Source: Thermoanaerobacterales bacterium (lineage in GTDB: Bacteria > Bacillota > Thermosediminibacteria > Thermosediminibacterales > Tepidanaerobacteraceae). Taken from it: a stretch of 64,000 nucleotides of DNA. The stretch is taken from the NCBI GenBank assembly GCA_012840135.1, contig DUMA01000018.1:119150-183149 (forward strand), in the 5' to 3' direction. This document shows positions 42,563-52,690 of this stretch, one piece after another; position 1 is the stretch's first letter, and each line of letters starts with the position of its first letter. The notes beneath the pieces were generated by a model that had not been told where the DNA came from, did no database searches, and saw only the letters and a list, made by a program, of their open reading frames with translations. The position numbers were made by a program, and so were the translations under genes.

Positions 42563-43603
42563 CTAAAGCTGCGGTATGTATTCATTTTGCAGCTGTCCGG
42601 CCCGGGTCGGAGGGTTCCAGAGCCGATTTGCCCAGGCTAAATATCCCCGGCAGTTGGCTGTGATGGGGTCGGAAACGAGCTTGGCTTGGGAAATCTGTGG
42701 CAGCAGGTACTGGCTTATGGCTTGTCCACCGCCGCCGCTTATTATTATGCTGTCGAAATCCGATATCCTCCACTGGGAGTTAATTTCCACCAGGATATTT
42801 GTGGCCAGCTTTTCGAAAGCATCGCTGACGATGTCGGTGATGTCTATGGACTCTCCCGCTACGTTGATCTTGCGCTTGATGACTATACCGTCCAGGGCAT
42901 AGCTTTCCTTTTCCAGCCCGTACCGCGAGGCAAGGCTCAGGCCTATCTCGCTGTAAGCGGTGGCCAGGCCTACAGAGAGCGATTTGCTTTTTTCCGGGAT
43001 GTATTCGGAGTCCTCGATGGCGGCAAGGTCCGATGTCCTGAAACCTATATCGACGACCCCTATGCGGCCTTCGGGCAGGGATTCCATCTCCTGTCCCCAG
43101 AGGCCGGAAAATTGGGACCAGTAAGTCCCCAGGGGTTGGGGCACGATTTCTACATCCCTTACATTGAGCGTGATTTCCCTGCTCCCCGAGTCGCCGTACA
43201 GAGTAATGGAGCGTTCGCCTTTGACCCTTCTTACGAGGTCGGCGGCCATATGCATCCTTTCGATGGGAAGGCCCGTAACCACCTTGAATTCGGTGGAAGC
43301 GCCGCCGGAAAAGAAGCTGAGAGCACTGAAGAACAGGATTTCAAAGTCTTCTCCAACGGAACGGCTGTACGACAGGTCGCGGTAGACGAATCTGGAGTGC
43401 CTGATAGCGGCTTTTCCCACAAAATATATCCTTTTGCCTATGCCCACCTTGAGATGGTCGATTGCCGGAAACTGCTCCGCCCTCGTGCTGAACGTGGGTT
43501 TTGTATGGCCTTCGCCCACGACGCTCGGGAAAGAATAGCCAGATTCACCATCAGTCACCTTTACAAAACCGTACCCGACATCGATGCCGATCAATTGAGC
43601 CAT
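42563..43603 (-). CDS. Actin-like ATPase of the ParM/StbA (Alp) type
   Basis: ATG at 43603 follows AAAGGAGG. MAQLIGIDVGYGFVKV is phosphate-1, ..VVDIGFRTSD.. is phosphate-2 and ..IIISGGGG.. is the adenosine motif. Confidence 0.7.
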   Translation of the reverse strand: MAQLIGIDVGYGFVKVTDGESGYSFPSVVGEGHTKPTFSTRAEQFPAIDHLKVGIGKRIYFVGKAAIRHSRFVYRDLSYSRSVGEDFEILFFSALSFFSGGASTEFKVVTGLPIERMHMAADLVRRVKGERSITLYGDSGSREITLNVRDVEIVPQPLGTYWSQFSGLWGQEMESLPEGRIGVVDIGFRTSDLAAIEDSEYIPEKSKSLSVGLATAYSEIGLSLASRYGLEKESYALDGIVIKRKINVAGESIDITDIVSDAFEKLATNILVEINSQWRISDFDSIIISGGGGQAISQYLLPQISQAKLVSDPITANCRGYLAWANRLWNPPTRAGQLQNEYIPQL

Positions 43604-43944
43604 TGTCCAACCTCCTTTTAAATATGAGTATTGACAATTGCCCCCTGTCTTCTCTGCTCCCCCAGCATGTTTGAATAATGCATTGCCGCATGCGACTGCC
43701 GTTATTTTTCTCTCCGGCCGGATATATCGCAATTATCCATCTTATTCCTATCATATCAATTATCGAGTATTTTGTAAATATGCTTTATTTTTGTACATCT
43801 TGTAAGCAAAAAAGGGATTTGATATGATAAATTAAAGATATAAATGGCGATACTCGGAAGATGGCGCAAAGAACAGAAAATGCATTATCTGGTTTTTAAG
43901 TTAGAATGATAAATTCTAAAACTAGCCATGACAAATAAATAGCA

Positions 43945-46698
43945 GTGGGGGTGAAGCGCTTGAAAGAAAGAATTGGAATAAAAAGCGGGAACATTAAACC
44001 ACTGAAGAGGAAAGATAAAGTGCAAAAGAAACTCAGGGAGCTCACAGAGTCGTTAGAACCGGAAAAATGCGGGGATGGTAGAGCAGGCTTTGATGCGAGC
44101 TTTATCGGGGGGCTTATCGGTGTAAGCCGAAATAACACCAGCAAGGAATTGAACCGCCTTGTACGGGAGGGCAGGGCAATAAAAATAGAGGGCAAACCGG
44201 TGCTGTATCTTGATAAATATGTTCTGGAATCGAAATGGGGGCTGAAATTAGACGGCACAATAATAAAAAAAGAACAAACTTTCAGAAAAACATTCCATAG
44301 TATCGACGATTACCACCGAACCGATAATAAAAATAAAGAAGTATTTAAATTTAAAGAAATCGTCGGTATGCATAAGTCTGAAAATAGATCGACTTGTTCT
44401 TGGCCACAAGAAAAATTCAATATTAATAACATGGATAGTAATAGTCTCGCTGATAAAAGTGTACTGGACCAAATGATAGGAGCGCAGGAAAGTTTAAAAA
44501 GCCAGGTGGAGCAGGCCAAAGCCGCCGTGCTGTATCCGCCCAGCGGGCTTCATACACTGATCGTGGGTCCCACCGGTGTGGGAAAGACCACCTTTGCCGA
44601 GGCTATGTACAGGTATGCGGTGGAAGTGAAAAGATTGCCACCGGCGGCGCCCTTTGTCGTGTTTAACTGTGCGGACTATGCCGAGAACCCACAGTTATTG
44701 ATGTCGCAGCTCTTCGGTCATGTAAAGGGTGCTTTCACCGGGGCCGACAGGGAGAAGCAGGGTCTGGTGGACAATGCCAATGGCGGTATATTATTTCTGG
44801 ATGAGGTTCATCGTCTGCCGCCGGAAGGGCAGGAGATGATGTTTTTGCTGATGGATAAAGGAATCTACCGCCGCCTGGGAGAATCGGAGAACACCAGAAA
44901 AGTCAGAATTCTCATCATTGCGGCCACTACCGAGGAACCTGAGACAGCCATGCTCCAAACTTTTTTGCGAAGGATTCCTGTAGTCATAAGGTTGCCCGGT
45001 CTTGATGAACGCACCCTTCAGGAGCGAATGGCTCTCATCTGCCGGTTTTTCCGGGATGAATCCGCCAGGATAAAAGCTCCTATAAAGGTATCAAAGGAAG
45101 TAATTAAAGCATTCATGCTTTATGATTGCCCGGGAAATATCGGCCAGCTCAGAAGCGACATTCAGCTTATATGCGCCAGGGCATTCTTAGACTTTATAAC
45201 TTTTAAAAAAGAAATTATGGAAGTAAAATTATCGCAACTTTCCCAGAGGGTAAGGGAAGGTTTCTTTAAGATCGGTGAAAAGAGAGAAGAACTTATAAAA
45301 AATTTCAATCTAAACGATAGCGGAGAGATTGTTTTTGATGGTCAGGACACTAGTAACGGAAGTTTTAATGATGTTCTGCTATTAGATAAATACAACACCG
45401 GAGAAGATTTTTACGGCATAATTCAGAATACATGGAAGAGATATGCTGGTGAAGGGCTCTCCGATAAACAGATCCGGGAAAAGATCGATGAACATATAAA
45501 AGATTATTTTGAAAGTTTCTTTTCCCAGATAAAACCAAGAGATACTAATGTAGATCGAGAGGCGCTGACCAAAGTGGTCAGCCCACGCGTTCTGGAAGCG
45601 GTGGAAGAAGTACTGCAGAATGTCAGTGATGAATTTAAAGGAACGTTAAGCAGAAAAGTCATATATGGCATAGCTCTGCATGTGGGGACGCTTATGGAAA
45701 GGCTCCGGCTGGGTGCGGTAATATCCCATCCTGACAAAAACATTGCAAAAGAACATGAAAAAGAATATGAAGCAGCAACAAAAATAAGACGGGGTCTCCA
45801 GGAAAGACTGAACGTAAAAATTCCCGAAGATGAGGTTGCATATCTTGCCATGTTTCTATATGCTGTAAAATCTGAAAAAAGCCAGGGCAATATTGGCGTC
45901 CTGGTGATTGCCCACGGAGATGCGGCAGCGAGTACCATGGCCAAAGTAGCCAATGCGCTGCTGGGGGTGGATCACGCCAGGGCTCTGGACATGCCCCTTG
46001 AAGAAAAAGTAGAGGTAATACTTGATAAGGCTGTGGAAGAAGTCAGAAAGATAGACCGGGGAAAAGGAGTTCTCATCCTGGTGGATATGGGTTCTTTAGT
46101 TACTTTTTCTGAGTTAATAACAGAAAAAACCGGCATTCCTACAAGGGTCGTTGAAATGGTCAGCACTCCCATGGTCATTGAAGCCACCCGCAAATCCCTG
46201 ATGCCGGATATGGACCTGGATACCCTTGTGGAGGATGTTAAAAGCTTGAGCCCGTACATAGGAAAGGATCGGGGTACTAAGTATACAACTCATGTCAATG
46301 AATACGGGGGTCGTTTTTTTCAGGGAATCCTAGTAGATATCCTCGGCAATACACTGACCTTTTTAAACCCTCAAAAGGCGTGCAATATTTTGAACGATGT
46401 CTTGGAAAAAATACTGGCGGAATTTGGAGAAAGAATCGACGAAGACATCACCATAAAATTTTTATTTCACTGCTCTTGTATGGTGGAAAGAATCATTAAA
46501 GGGGAGCCTTTACCTTATAACAATCTGGAGGAACTTAAAAAAGAACGAAATAATGTATTTGCTGTTTTGAAGAAGCACTTTGAGTTGATAGAGGAAGTTT
46601 TCGGCATAAACATTCCCGATGCGGAACTGGCCTATGTGGTGGAAATGCTTGATACACATTTTGATACACTTGCTATAAAAACCGACGCACATGCCTGA
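43945..46698 (+). CDS. LevR-type sigma-54-dependent activator (HTH, AAA+, PRD, EIIA-Man-like, PRD)
   Basis: The AAA+ motifs are GPTGVGKTTFAEAMY, GAFTGA and LFLDEVHRL. PRD regions follow, and ..GVLVIAHGDAAAS.. is an EIIA(Man)-like domain. The start (GTG 43945 or TTG 43960) is uncertain. Confidence 0.85.
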   Translation: MGVKRLKERIGIKSGNIKPLKRKDKVQKKLRELTESLEPEKCGDGRAGFDASFIGGLIGVSRNNTSKELNRLVREGRAIKIEGKPVLYLDKYVLESKWGLKLDGTIIKKEQTFRKTFHSIDDYHRTDNKNKEVFKFKEIVGMHKSENRSTCSWPQEKFNINNMDSNSLADKSVLDQMIGAQESLKSQVEQAKAAVLYPPSGLHTLIVGPTGVGKTTFAEAMYRYAVEVKRLPPAAPFVVFNCADYAENPQLLMSQLFGHVKGAFTGADREKQGLVDNANGGILFLDEVHRLPPEGQEMMFLLMDKGIYRRLGESENTRKVRILIIAATTEEPETAMLQTFLRRIPVVIRLPGLDERTLQERMALICRFFRDESARIKAPIKVSKEVIKAFMLYDCPGNIGQLRSDIQLICARAFLDFITFKKEIMEVKLSQLSQRVREGFFKIGEKREELIKNFNLNDSGEIVFDGQDTSNGSFNDVLLLDKYNTGEDFYGIIQNTWKRYAGEGLSDKQIREKIDEHIKDYFESFFSQIKPRDTNVDREALTKVVSPRVLEAVEEVLQNVSDEFKGTLSRKVIYGIALHVGTLMERLRLGAVISHPDKNIAKEHEKEYEAATKIRRGLQERLNVKIPEDEVAYLAMFLYAVKSEKSQGNIGVLVIAHGDAAASTMAKVANALLGVDHARALDMPLEEKVEVILDKAVEEVRKIDRGKGVLILVDMGSLVTFSELITEKTGIPTRVVEMVSTPMVIEATRKSLMPDMDLDTLVEDVKSLSPYIGKDRGTKYTTHVNEYGGRFFQGILVDILGNTLTFLNPQKACNILNDVLEKILAEFGERIDEDITIKFLFHCSCMVERIIKGEPLPYNNLEELKKERNNVFAVLKKHFELIEEVFGINIPDAELAYVVEMLDTHFDTLAIKTDAHA

Positions 46699-46896
46699 TA
46701 CACATCCTTTTCAAATTGTAGCCTTTCTTTTAAGGACCGCTTTTTTGATACACAGAGGCAGACTGCGGCGTTCATCTTGCCCCAGGTGCAAGATGAACGC
46801 CGCATAAAGTTTTTATCGAATAACCTTTTAAATAACTTCGAGGCCTGCCTCGAAGAATAAAATCGAAGGTTTGATATTTTATCAATGTTGATACAC
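46649..46896 (+). promoter_or_regulatory. Five direct (T/C)TGATACAC repeats, a candidate upstream activating sequence for the LevR-type activator
   Basis: Copies at 46649-46657, 46661-46669, 46695-46703, 46745-46753 and 46888-46896. All have the same orientation and lie upstream of the -24/-12 promoter. Confidence 0.4.
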
Positions 46897-46913
46897 ATCA
46901 AATGAAAAAAGCC

Positions 46914-46929
46914 TGGCATGAAACTTGCT
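46914..46929 (+). promoter_or_regulatory. Sigma-54 (-24/-12) promoter TGGCATGAAACTTGCT
   Basis: GG-N10-GC spacing is exact and the site is close to TGGCAC-N5-TTGCW. It lies ~80 nt upstream of the PTS EIIA start and downstream of a sigma-54 activator gene. Confidence 0.7.
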
Positions 46930-47007
46930 TAGTAATTTTAACAAGACTCAAAAAAGGTCATTAAACAATTGTCAGAACGAATTTCTGCAGCAAGAGAGGA
47001 TGGTTTC

Positions 47008-47454
47008 ATGATTGGAGTATTGATTGTAACCCACGGCGATTTCGGAAAGGAACTTTTAAAAAGCGCTGAACTGATTATAGGGAAACAAAATCGCACCATG
47101 ACACTGGGTCTTTTCCACGGTGACAGCGTTGATAGTTTAAAAGATAATATTTCAAAGGCTATTGACGAACTGAATGAAGGCGATGGAGTGTTGATATTTG
47201 TGGATTTATATGGTGGCAGTCCATCCAATGCTGCTGCCATGAATCTCAAAAAAAACATAATGGATTCAAAGGTTGAATGTATAACCGGGGTTAACTTACC
47301 CATGATCTTGGAAGCTTTAACAATGAGAGCTTCATACACACTGAGTCGGTTAAAAGAACATTGTATAGAAATTGGCCATTTGGGTATCAAAGATCTATAT
47401 CAGCAGATTTACCCAACAGAAGAAAGTATAAAAAAAGTTGCAGATGGGAGGTAG
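47008..47454 (+). CDS. PTS mannose/fructose/sorbose-family EIIA
   Basis: MIGVLIVTHGDFGKELLKSAELIIG, with the phosphorylatable His in VTHG. ATG 47008 follows AGAGAGGA. Confidence 0.85.
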   Translation: MIGVLIVTHGDFGKELLKSAELIIGKQNRTMTLGLFHGDSVDSLKDNISKAIDELNEGDGVLIFVDLYGGSPSNAAAMNLKKNIMDSKVECITGVNLPMILEALTMRASYTLSRLKEHCIEIGHLGIKDLYQQIYPTEESIKKVADGR

Positions 47455-47458
47455 AAAT

Positions 47459-47932
47459 ATGTTGAATATAGTTCTCATGAGGATAGATGATAGGCTGATT
47501 CACGGGCAGGTAATGGCTGGATGGGTTAAATATACTCAGGCAAATAGAATTATTATAGCGGACGACGGAGTTGCGCAAGACCCTTTCATGGAAAAAGTAC
47601 TGAAAATGGCAGCGCCCCCAGGAATAAAAGTGGAGGTTTATAGTATTGAAAAAGCTATCAATATATTAAAAGGAGATGGTCAACCAGGAGAAAAAGTGAT
47701 AGTTTTGGTAAAATACCCTAAAGCTGTTTATGCTTTGTTAGAAGGAGGTGTAGAAATTAAGGAATTAAACATAGGAGGAATAGGTGCGGGTCCTGGAAGA
47801 AAACAATTGTACAGGAATATTTCATTGTCATTGGATGAAAAAGATGTCTTGAATAAAATTGTTTCTATGGGTGTTAAAGTTTATATAAAAATAGTTCCCG
47901 ATGATAAAAAGATCGAAGTCAAAAAATTTTAA
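47459..47932 (+). CDS. PTS mannose-family EIIB
   Basis: IVLMRIDDRLIHGQV is the EIIB(Man) signature. ATG 47459 follows GGGAGG. Confidence 0.85.
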   Translation: MLNIVLMRIDDRLIHGQVMAGWVKYTQANRIIIADDGVAQDPFMEKVLKMAAPPGIKVEVYSIEKAINILKGDGQPGEKVIVLVKYPKAVYALLEGGVEIKELNIGGIGAGPGRKQLYRNISLSLDEKDVLNKIVSMGVKVYIKIVPDDKKIEVKKF

Positions 47933-47971
47933 GAATGTCTTATTACAATAGAATTAAAAGGGGTGAAAGCT

Positions 47972-48739
47972 ATGTTATTCCAAGCTTTTATAATTGCTTT
48001 AATTACCTGGATAGTTGCCACTTTTATGCCTATGTGTTTCCGCTGGTCCTTATATTTTGGAGCACCACTGGTGGCAGGACTGGTTGATGGCATCATTCTT
48101 GGCGATATACCTTATGGATTACAGGTAGGCGCAACTATCCAGATGGCTTATATCGGACTGGTCGCTGCGGGAGGGGCCCTGCCATCAGACCTAGCGTTGG
48201 CTGGCTATTTGGGTGTCGCCATGACAATGCTCGCAAAAGCTCCCCCATCGGTAGGGCTTACGTTAGCCGTGCCCATAGGATTTTTAGGCTTATTATCTTT
48301 CAACGCTCGTATGACATTAAATGCATTATGGGTTCACAGAGCGGAAAAATACGCAGAAAATGCCGATACAAAAGGTATCATATGGATGAATTTGGGAGCC
48401 TCACAGATAGTGCCGTTTTTAACATATTTTATCCCTACTTTTCTTGCAATATATTATGGTGCAGGTTCCCTGGAAAATTTCATGAAAATAGTGCCGCAAT
48501 CACTGATAACAGCATTAAAAGTTACCGGTGGATTAATTCCGGCAGTAGGTCTTGGCATGCTTCTCAAATTTTTATGGAGATCTGCTCTAGTTCCATTTTT
48601 GTTCATAGGATTTATACTGGCAAGTTACCTAAAACTAGATATTGTTGGTGTGGCAGTTTTAGGAGGAGCTTTGGGTTTCCTGCATCTGATGTACAGCAAA
48701 GATAAGGCAGGAGGTGTCAGCGATGGATTTGGCCAATAA
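47972..48739 (+). CDS. PTS mannose-family EIIC
   Basis: Polytopic membrane protein in the canonical position; ..GDIPYGLQVGATIQMAYIG.. Confidence 0.8.
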   Translation: MLFQAFIIALITWIVATFMPMCFRWSLYFGAPLVAGLVDGIILGDIPYGLQVGATIQMAYIGLVAAGGALPSDLALAGYLGVAMTMLAKAPPSVGLTLAVPIGFLGLLSFNARMTLNALWVHRAEKYAENADTKGIIWMNLGASQIVPFLTYFIPTFLAIYYGAGSLENFMKIVPQSLITALKVTGGLIPAVGLGMLLKFLWRSALVPFLFIGFILASYLKLDIVGVAVLGGALGFLHLMYSKDKAGGVSDGFGQ

Positions 48740-49559
48740 TAAGGCATTGCAACGAAAAAGCCTGGGGAAAAAAGAATTAATAAAATCTTGGCTTATCTGG
48801 ACCATGTTTGCTCAAACCACTTACAATTTTGAGAGGTTACAAGCCCTTGGTTTTTGCCATAGCATGATTCCCATACTTACTCGTTTGTATGAAAAGAAAG
48901 AAGATCTTGCGAGCGGATTGAAAAGACATTTAGCTTTTTTTAACACTGAATCCAACTGGGGATCTATGATTCCAGGAATTGTTGCCGCCATGGAAGAAGA
49001 AAGGGCAAATGGTGCTGAAATCAATGACGATATGATTAATAGTACAAAAACCGCATTGATGGGGCCATTAGCCGGTATAGGAGATTCCATAACCCAAGGC
49101 TTGGTTAAAGTTATTTTATTAAGCTTGGGAGTGGATTTGGCAGTAAAAGGTAATGTCTTGGGACCTATATTATTCTTCACCATATTTTCGGTATATACAT
49201 TAGGCTTAAGTTACATCATGTATATGTCAGGATATCGTATTGGAAAGAATGCTGTTATAAAATTATTAGAAACAAATATTTTGGAGCGGGCCACCAATGG
49301 GCTTGGCGCCATAGGAATGATGGTCGTCGGGGCGCTGGCTTCTACAATGATTAAAATAAATGTCCCTTTAGTTTTTAAAATCGGGGGTTCTTCTATAAAG
49401 GTTCAGGATATTTTCAATCAGATAATGCCTAATCTTTTACCACTGGCTTTGCTATTTTTAGCCTTTTATTGGTTAAAAAAAGGCAAATCTCCTTTATGGA
49501 CATTGTGCATGATGTTTATAATAGGCTTTGTATGCTCTTATTTAAAGATACTTGCCTAA
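48723..49559 (+). CDS. PTS mannose-family EIID
   Basis: ..LIWTMFAQTTYNFERLQALGFCHSM.. is the EIID signature. ATG 48723 follows GGCAGGAGG. Confidence 0.85.
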   Translation: MDLANNKALQRKSLGKKELIKSWLIWTMFAQTTYNFERLQALGFCHSMIPILTRLYEKKEDLASGLKRHLAFFNTESNWGSMIPGIVAAMEEERANGAEINDDMINSTKTALMGPLAGIGDSITQGLVKVILLSLGVDLAVKGNVLGPILFFTIFSVYTLGLSYIMYMSGYRIGKNAVIKLLETNILERATNGLGAIGMMVVGALASTMIKINVPLVFKIGGSSIKVQDIFNQIMPNLLPLALLFLAFYWLKKGKSPLWTLCMMFIIGFVCSYLKILA

Positions 49560-49592
49560 AACTTTTAAAAATAGAAGAAAGGAGAAAACTAA

Positions 49593-50393
49593 ATGGTAAA
49601 ATTCTCGGAAATCTTTAATTCAACTAAACCAATTATTGGTGTTGTCCACCTACTACCGCTACCTGGAACCCCACACTATGATCCAAATGTTCCAGTTGGA
49701 GATGTAATCGAGCGAGCTAAAAGAGAAACTAAGACATTAATAGAAAATGGATTTGATGGAATTGTCTTTGCAAATGAAGGTGATAGGCCATATATTACGC
49801 AGGTTGGTCCAGAAATTATAGCAAGTTATGTCAGAATCGTCACAGAAGTATTACCAAATGTAACTATACCGTATGGCTGCGGAGTGTTAATGGATCCGAT
49901 AGCGACATTTGCTATTGCAAAAGCCATAGATGCAAAATTTGTAAGGACCTATGTTAATGGGACCTTTACTGGGACCTTTGGTTATCATAATTTCAACCCT
50001 GGCTCGATTTTTAGGTATAGAAAAATGATAGATGCAGATAACATTCCAATGTTTTGTAACTTTACTGCACATGCGGGGGTGTCCTTTGACTCAAGGCCTC
50101 TTGAAGAAATAGTAGATGGCGTATTACCGGTAATTGAGCCTGATGCTGTTTTAGTTCCCGGTCCAAGGGCAGGTTTACCACCAAATTTTAACGATGTAGA
50201 AAATCTCAAAAATAGATTTCCCGCTGTTCCAATTTTAATAACAAGTGGCATCAATACAGAAAACGTAAAAGAAGCTATGGAGATTTGTGATGGTATAATA
50301 GTCGGAACAAATATTAAAAAAGACGGAGTAATATGGAATGAGATATGCCCAAAGCGTGCTGAAAAATTTATTAAAATAGCCAAAGATTTATAA
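49593..50393 (+). CDS. BtpA/SgcQ-family TIM-barrel protein
   Basis: ..KPIIGVVHLLPLPGTPHY...FDGIVFANEGDRPY.. is typical of BtpA/SgcQ. It is the last gene of the PTS operon. Confidence 0.75.
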   Translation: MVKFSEIFNSTKPIIGVVHLLPLPGTPHYDPNVPVGDVIERAKRETKTLIENGFDGIVFANEGDRPYITQVGPEIIASYVRIVTEVLPNVTIPYGCGVLMDPIATFAIAKAIDAKFVRTYVNGTFTGTFGYHNFNPGSIFRYRKMIDADNIPMFCNFTAHAGVSFDSRPLEEIVDGVLPVIEPDAVLVPGPRAGLPPNFNDVENLKNRFPAVPILITSGINTENVKEAMEICDGIIVGTNIKKDGVIWNEICPKRAEKFIKIAKDL

Positions 50394-50416
50394 GCAGGCG
50401 TGAGCCTGCTTTTTTA
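50392..50416 (+). terminator. Intrinsic terminator
   Basis: AAGCAGGC-GTGA-GCCTGCTT followed by TTTTT. Confidence 0.75.
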
Positions 50417-50576
50417 TTGACTTAATGGAGAGGTGAAATAAAGAGTAGATTTGTAATTAAAAAAATATGAAATAATTTTGCTTAGCAGGAGGAATTTAAA
50501 TATTTTTGTAGAAATATAAATAAAAAATGGTTAAACCATTTAACAATATAACTATTTAACCAAAGGAGTATGATCG

Positions 50577-51290
50577 ATGCATTTTAAGAGTTTAAAGTCT
50601 GAAAAACTTTCAGAAAAAGTAATAAAAGAATTTGAAGAAATGATAGAAAAAGGTGCTTTGAAACCAGGAGACAAACTACCATCTGAAAGGGATTTATCGC
50701 AGCAGATGGGCATCAGCAGGGGAATTTTAAGAGAAGCTTTGAGAACTCTCGAGAGTAAAGGATATATAAATAGAAAACCGGGGGGTGGAACATATATAAG
50801 GGAATTAACTTACAGTCAAAATACTGGTCAAAAGTTGATAAATGCTTTAAAGCATGCTACCTATTTAGATCTACTTGAGATAAGAGAGATTTTAGAGCAG
50901 AAAATTGTTGAACTTGCTGTAGAACGTGCGACTGATGAAGACATTTTAGAAATGGAAAAAATTCTGGAACATTGTCAAAATGCTAATGAGTACGATCCTA
51001 AAATGGATCATGCCTTTCATCTAAGTATAGCTTCGGCTACAAAAAATGCTTTAATGGCTAATTTCATGGCAGCAAACCTGGAATTAATAAAAGATATAAC
51101 AACTAGAACTCACAATAACCCCAACCGTTTGAAAGAAATGATAAATGAGCATAAGAAGATAATGGACGCTATCAAGGCTAGGAATGCAGAAAAAGCTCAG
51201 AAGGCTTTGCTAGAGCATCTGCATAATGTTAGAAAAGCGATTGAGAAATCATTTGAAGAAACGGAGGAAAAGGAAGATGCAAAAAATTGA
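50577..51290 (+). CDS. GntR-family regulator (FadR/FCD subfamily)
   Basis: ..LKPGDKLPSERDLSQQMGISRGILREALRTLESKGYI.. is a wHTH motif. The C-terminal domain is helical and FCD-like. Confidence 0.85.
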   Translation: MHFKSLKSEKLSEKVIKEFEEMIEKGALKPGDKLPSERDLSQQMGISRGILREALRTLESKGYINRKPGGGTYIRELTYSQNTGQKLINALKHATYLDLLEIREILEQKIVELAVERATDEDILEMEKILEHCQNANEYDPKMDHAFHLSIASATKNALMANFMAANLELIKDITTRTHNNPNRLKEMINEHKKIMDAIKARNAEKAQKALLEHLHNVRKAIEKSFEETEEKEDAKN

Positions 51291-52686
51291 CGAGATGAGG
51301 ATTTATTCGGCGACATCTTTTGTAGGCCATGGTGTTGATGAGAAATCTATCCAGAAAGCATTAGAGTATAACCCATATGCCATTGTTGCTCAGGGAACGA
51401 CGACTGATGCGGGTCCATATTATCTGGGTACCGGAAAACCTGTAATGGCCAGAGAGGCTTTAGAACGTGATCTTGAAATTATAGTATGTGCGGCTCAAAA
51501 GGCAAAGATTCCCTTTATAGTTTCAGTTGGCGGTTCGGGTTCCAATCCAACCACCAAATTGGGTCTGGAAATTTTAAGAAATATATGCCAAAAATACAAT
51601 TATAAACTCAAGATCGGTGTGATATGGAGTGAAATAAATCCTGAATGGTTAATTGAAAAAATAGAAGGGGGGTTAAAGGTAAACCGAATAGTTCCCCATC
51701 CCCGTTTGGAGGAATATTTATCTGCAAATACAGTAAAAAAAGCCAAACGAATAGTTGCACAGGTGGGTCCTGAAGTTATCATGAACCTTTTTAAAGAAAA
51801 TCCAGATCTTGACGGTATTATAACGGGTAGGGCTCTTGATATTGGACTGTATGCTGCATTACCTTTGTTAAATGGTTTTGACAGAGGCCTTTCGATGCAT
51901 TTTGGAAAAATAATGGAGGATGGGGCGCTTGCTGCCACACCGGGAAGTGGAAACGATGGTTTATTGGGTATAATCAGAAAAGATCATTTTGATTTAGTTC
52001 CTATGAATCCAAAGCGTCGCTGTACTCCTGCTAGTGTTGTAGGGCATGCTTTTTACGAAAGGAGGGATCCGAGTAGAGAAACAAACCCAGGCGGTGATTT
52101 AGATATCAGCCAGGCCATATATAAGCAACTAGATGAGCGAACAGTTCGGGTATCCGGAAGCCGCTGGGTTCCAGCCGAGGATTATAGAGTGAAGCTGGAA
52201 GGTGTGGCCAAGATAGGCTACCGTAGTATTTGCATTGCTGGTATAAGAGATCCTCAATTTATCAAACGTACCGAGAAAAATCTTGAAGAGTGCAGAGAAA
52301 TTATTGAAGATTATTTTCATATTCTTCCAAAAGATTCCTATAAACTCATGTTTAGGGTTTATGGAAAAAATGCTGTCATGGGTGAATGTGAGCCTAGGCC
52401 TGTTATGGAAGGACATGAAATATGTATCTTGATAGACGTTGTAGCCGATTCACAGGATAAAGCAGATAGCATTTGTTCTTTTGCAAGTTCAACTTTATCA
52501 CACCATGGTTTTCCGGGACGTCTGAGTACAGCAGGCAACCTTGCCATGCCTTTCTCACCTGGTAGAGCTATATCAGTAGGAGAAGTTTATCAATTTAATA
52601 TTTGGCATGCACTACCATTAAGAGATCCGGAAGAACCTTTTAGAAAAGAAGTTAAAATTATATCTACAGAGTCAAAGGAGGTTTAG
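51277..52686 (+). CDS. AtuA-like (DUF1446) protein
   Basis: The ATG at 51277 follows GGAGGAAAAGGAAG. About 469 aa. It is followed by the characteristic small DUF4387 partner. Confidence 0.6.
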   Translation: MQKIDEMRIYSATSFVGHGVDEKSIQKALEYNPYAIVAQGTTTDAGPYYLGTGKPVMAREALERDLEIIVCAAQKAKIPFIVSVGGSGSNPTTKLGLEILRNICQKYNYKLKIGVIWSEINPEWLIEKIEGGLKVNRIVPHPRLEEYLSANTVKKAKRIVAQVGPEVIMNLFKENPDLDGIITGRALDIGLYAALPLLNGFDRGLSMHFGKIMEDGALAATPGSGNDGLLGIIRKDHFDLVPMNPKRRCTPASVVGHAFYERRDPSRETNPGGDLDISQAIYKQLDERTVRVSGSRWVPAEDYRVKLEGVAKIGYRSICIAGIRDPQFIKRTEKNLEECREIIEDYFHILPKDSYKLMFRVYGKNAVMGECEPRPVMEGHEICILIDVVADSQDKADSICSFASSTLSHHGFPGRLSTAGNLAMPFSPGRAISVGEVYQFNIWHALPLRDPEEPFRKEVKIISTESKEV

Positions 52687-52690
52687 CAGG

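Noticed and set aside
40996-43621. Long antisense ORFs 40996-41727 (-) and 42686-43621 (+), and similar ones at 38530-39147 (-), 32187-32804 (-) and 62765-63826 (+)
   Set aside because: Each lies opposite to, or out of frame with, a gene that has recognisable domains (amidase-like, ParM-like, YhfT-like, oxidoreductase, Nramp). The products are Pro/Ser/Gly/Arg-rich and look like translation of the wrong frame.
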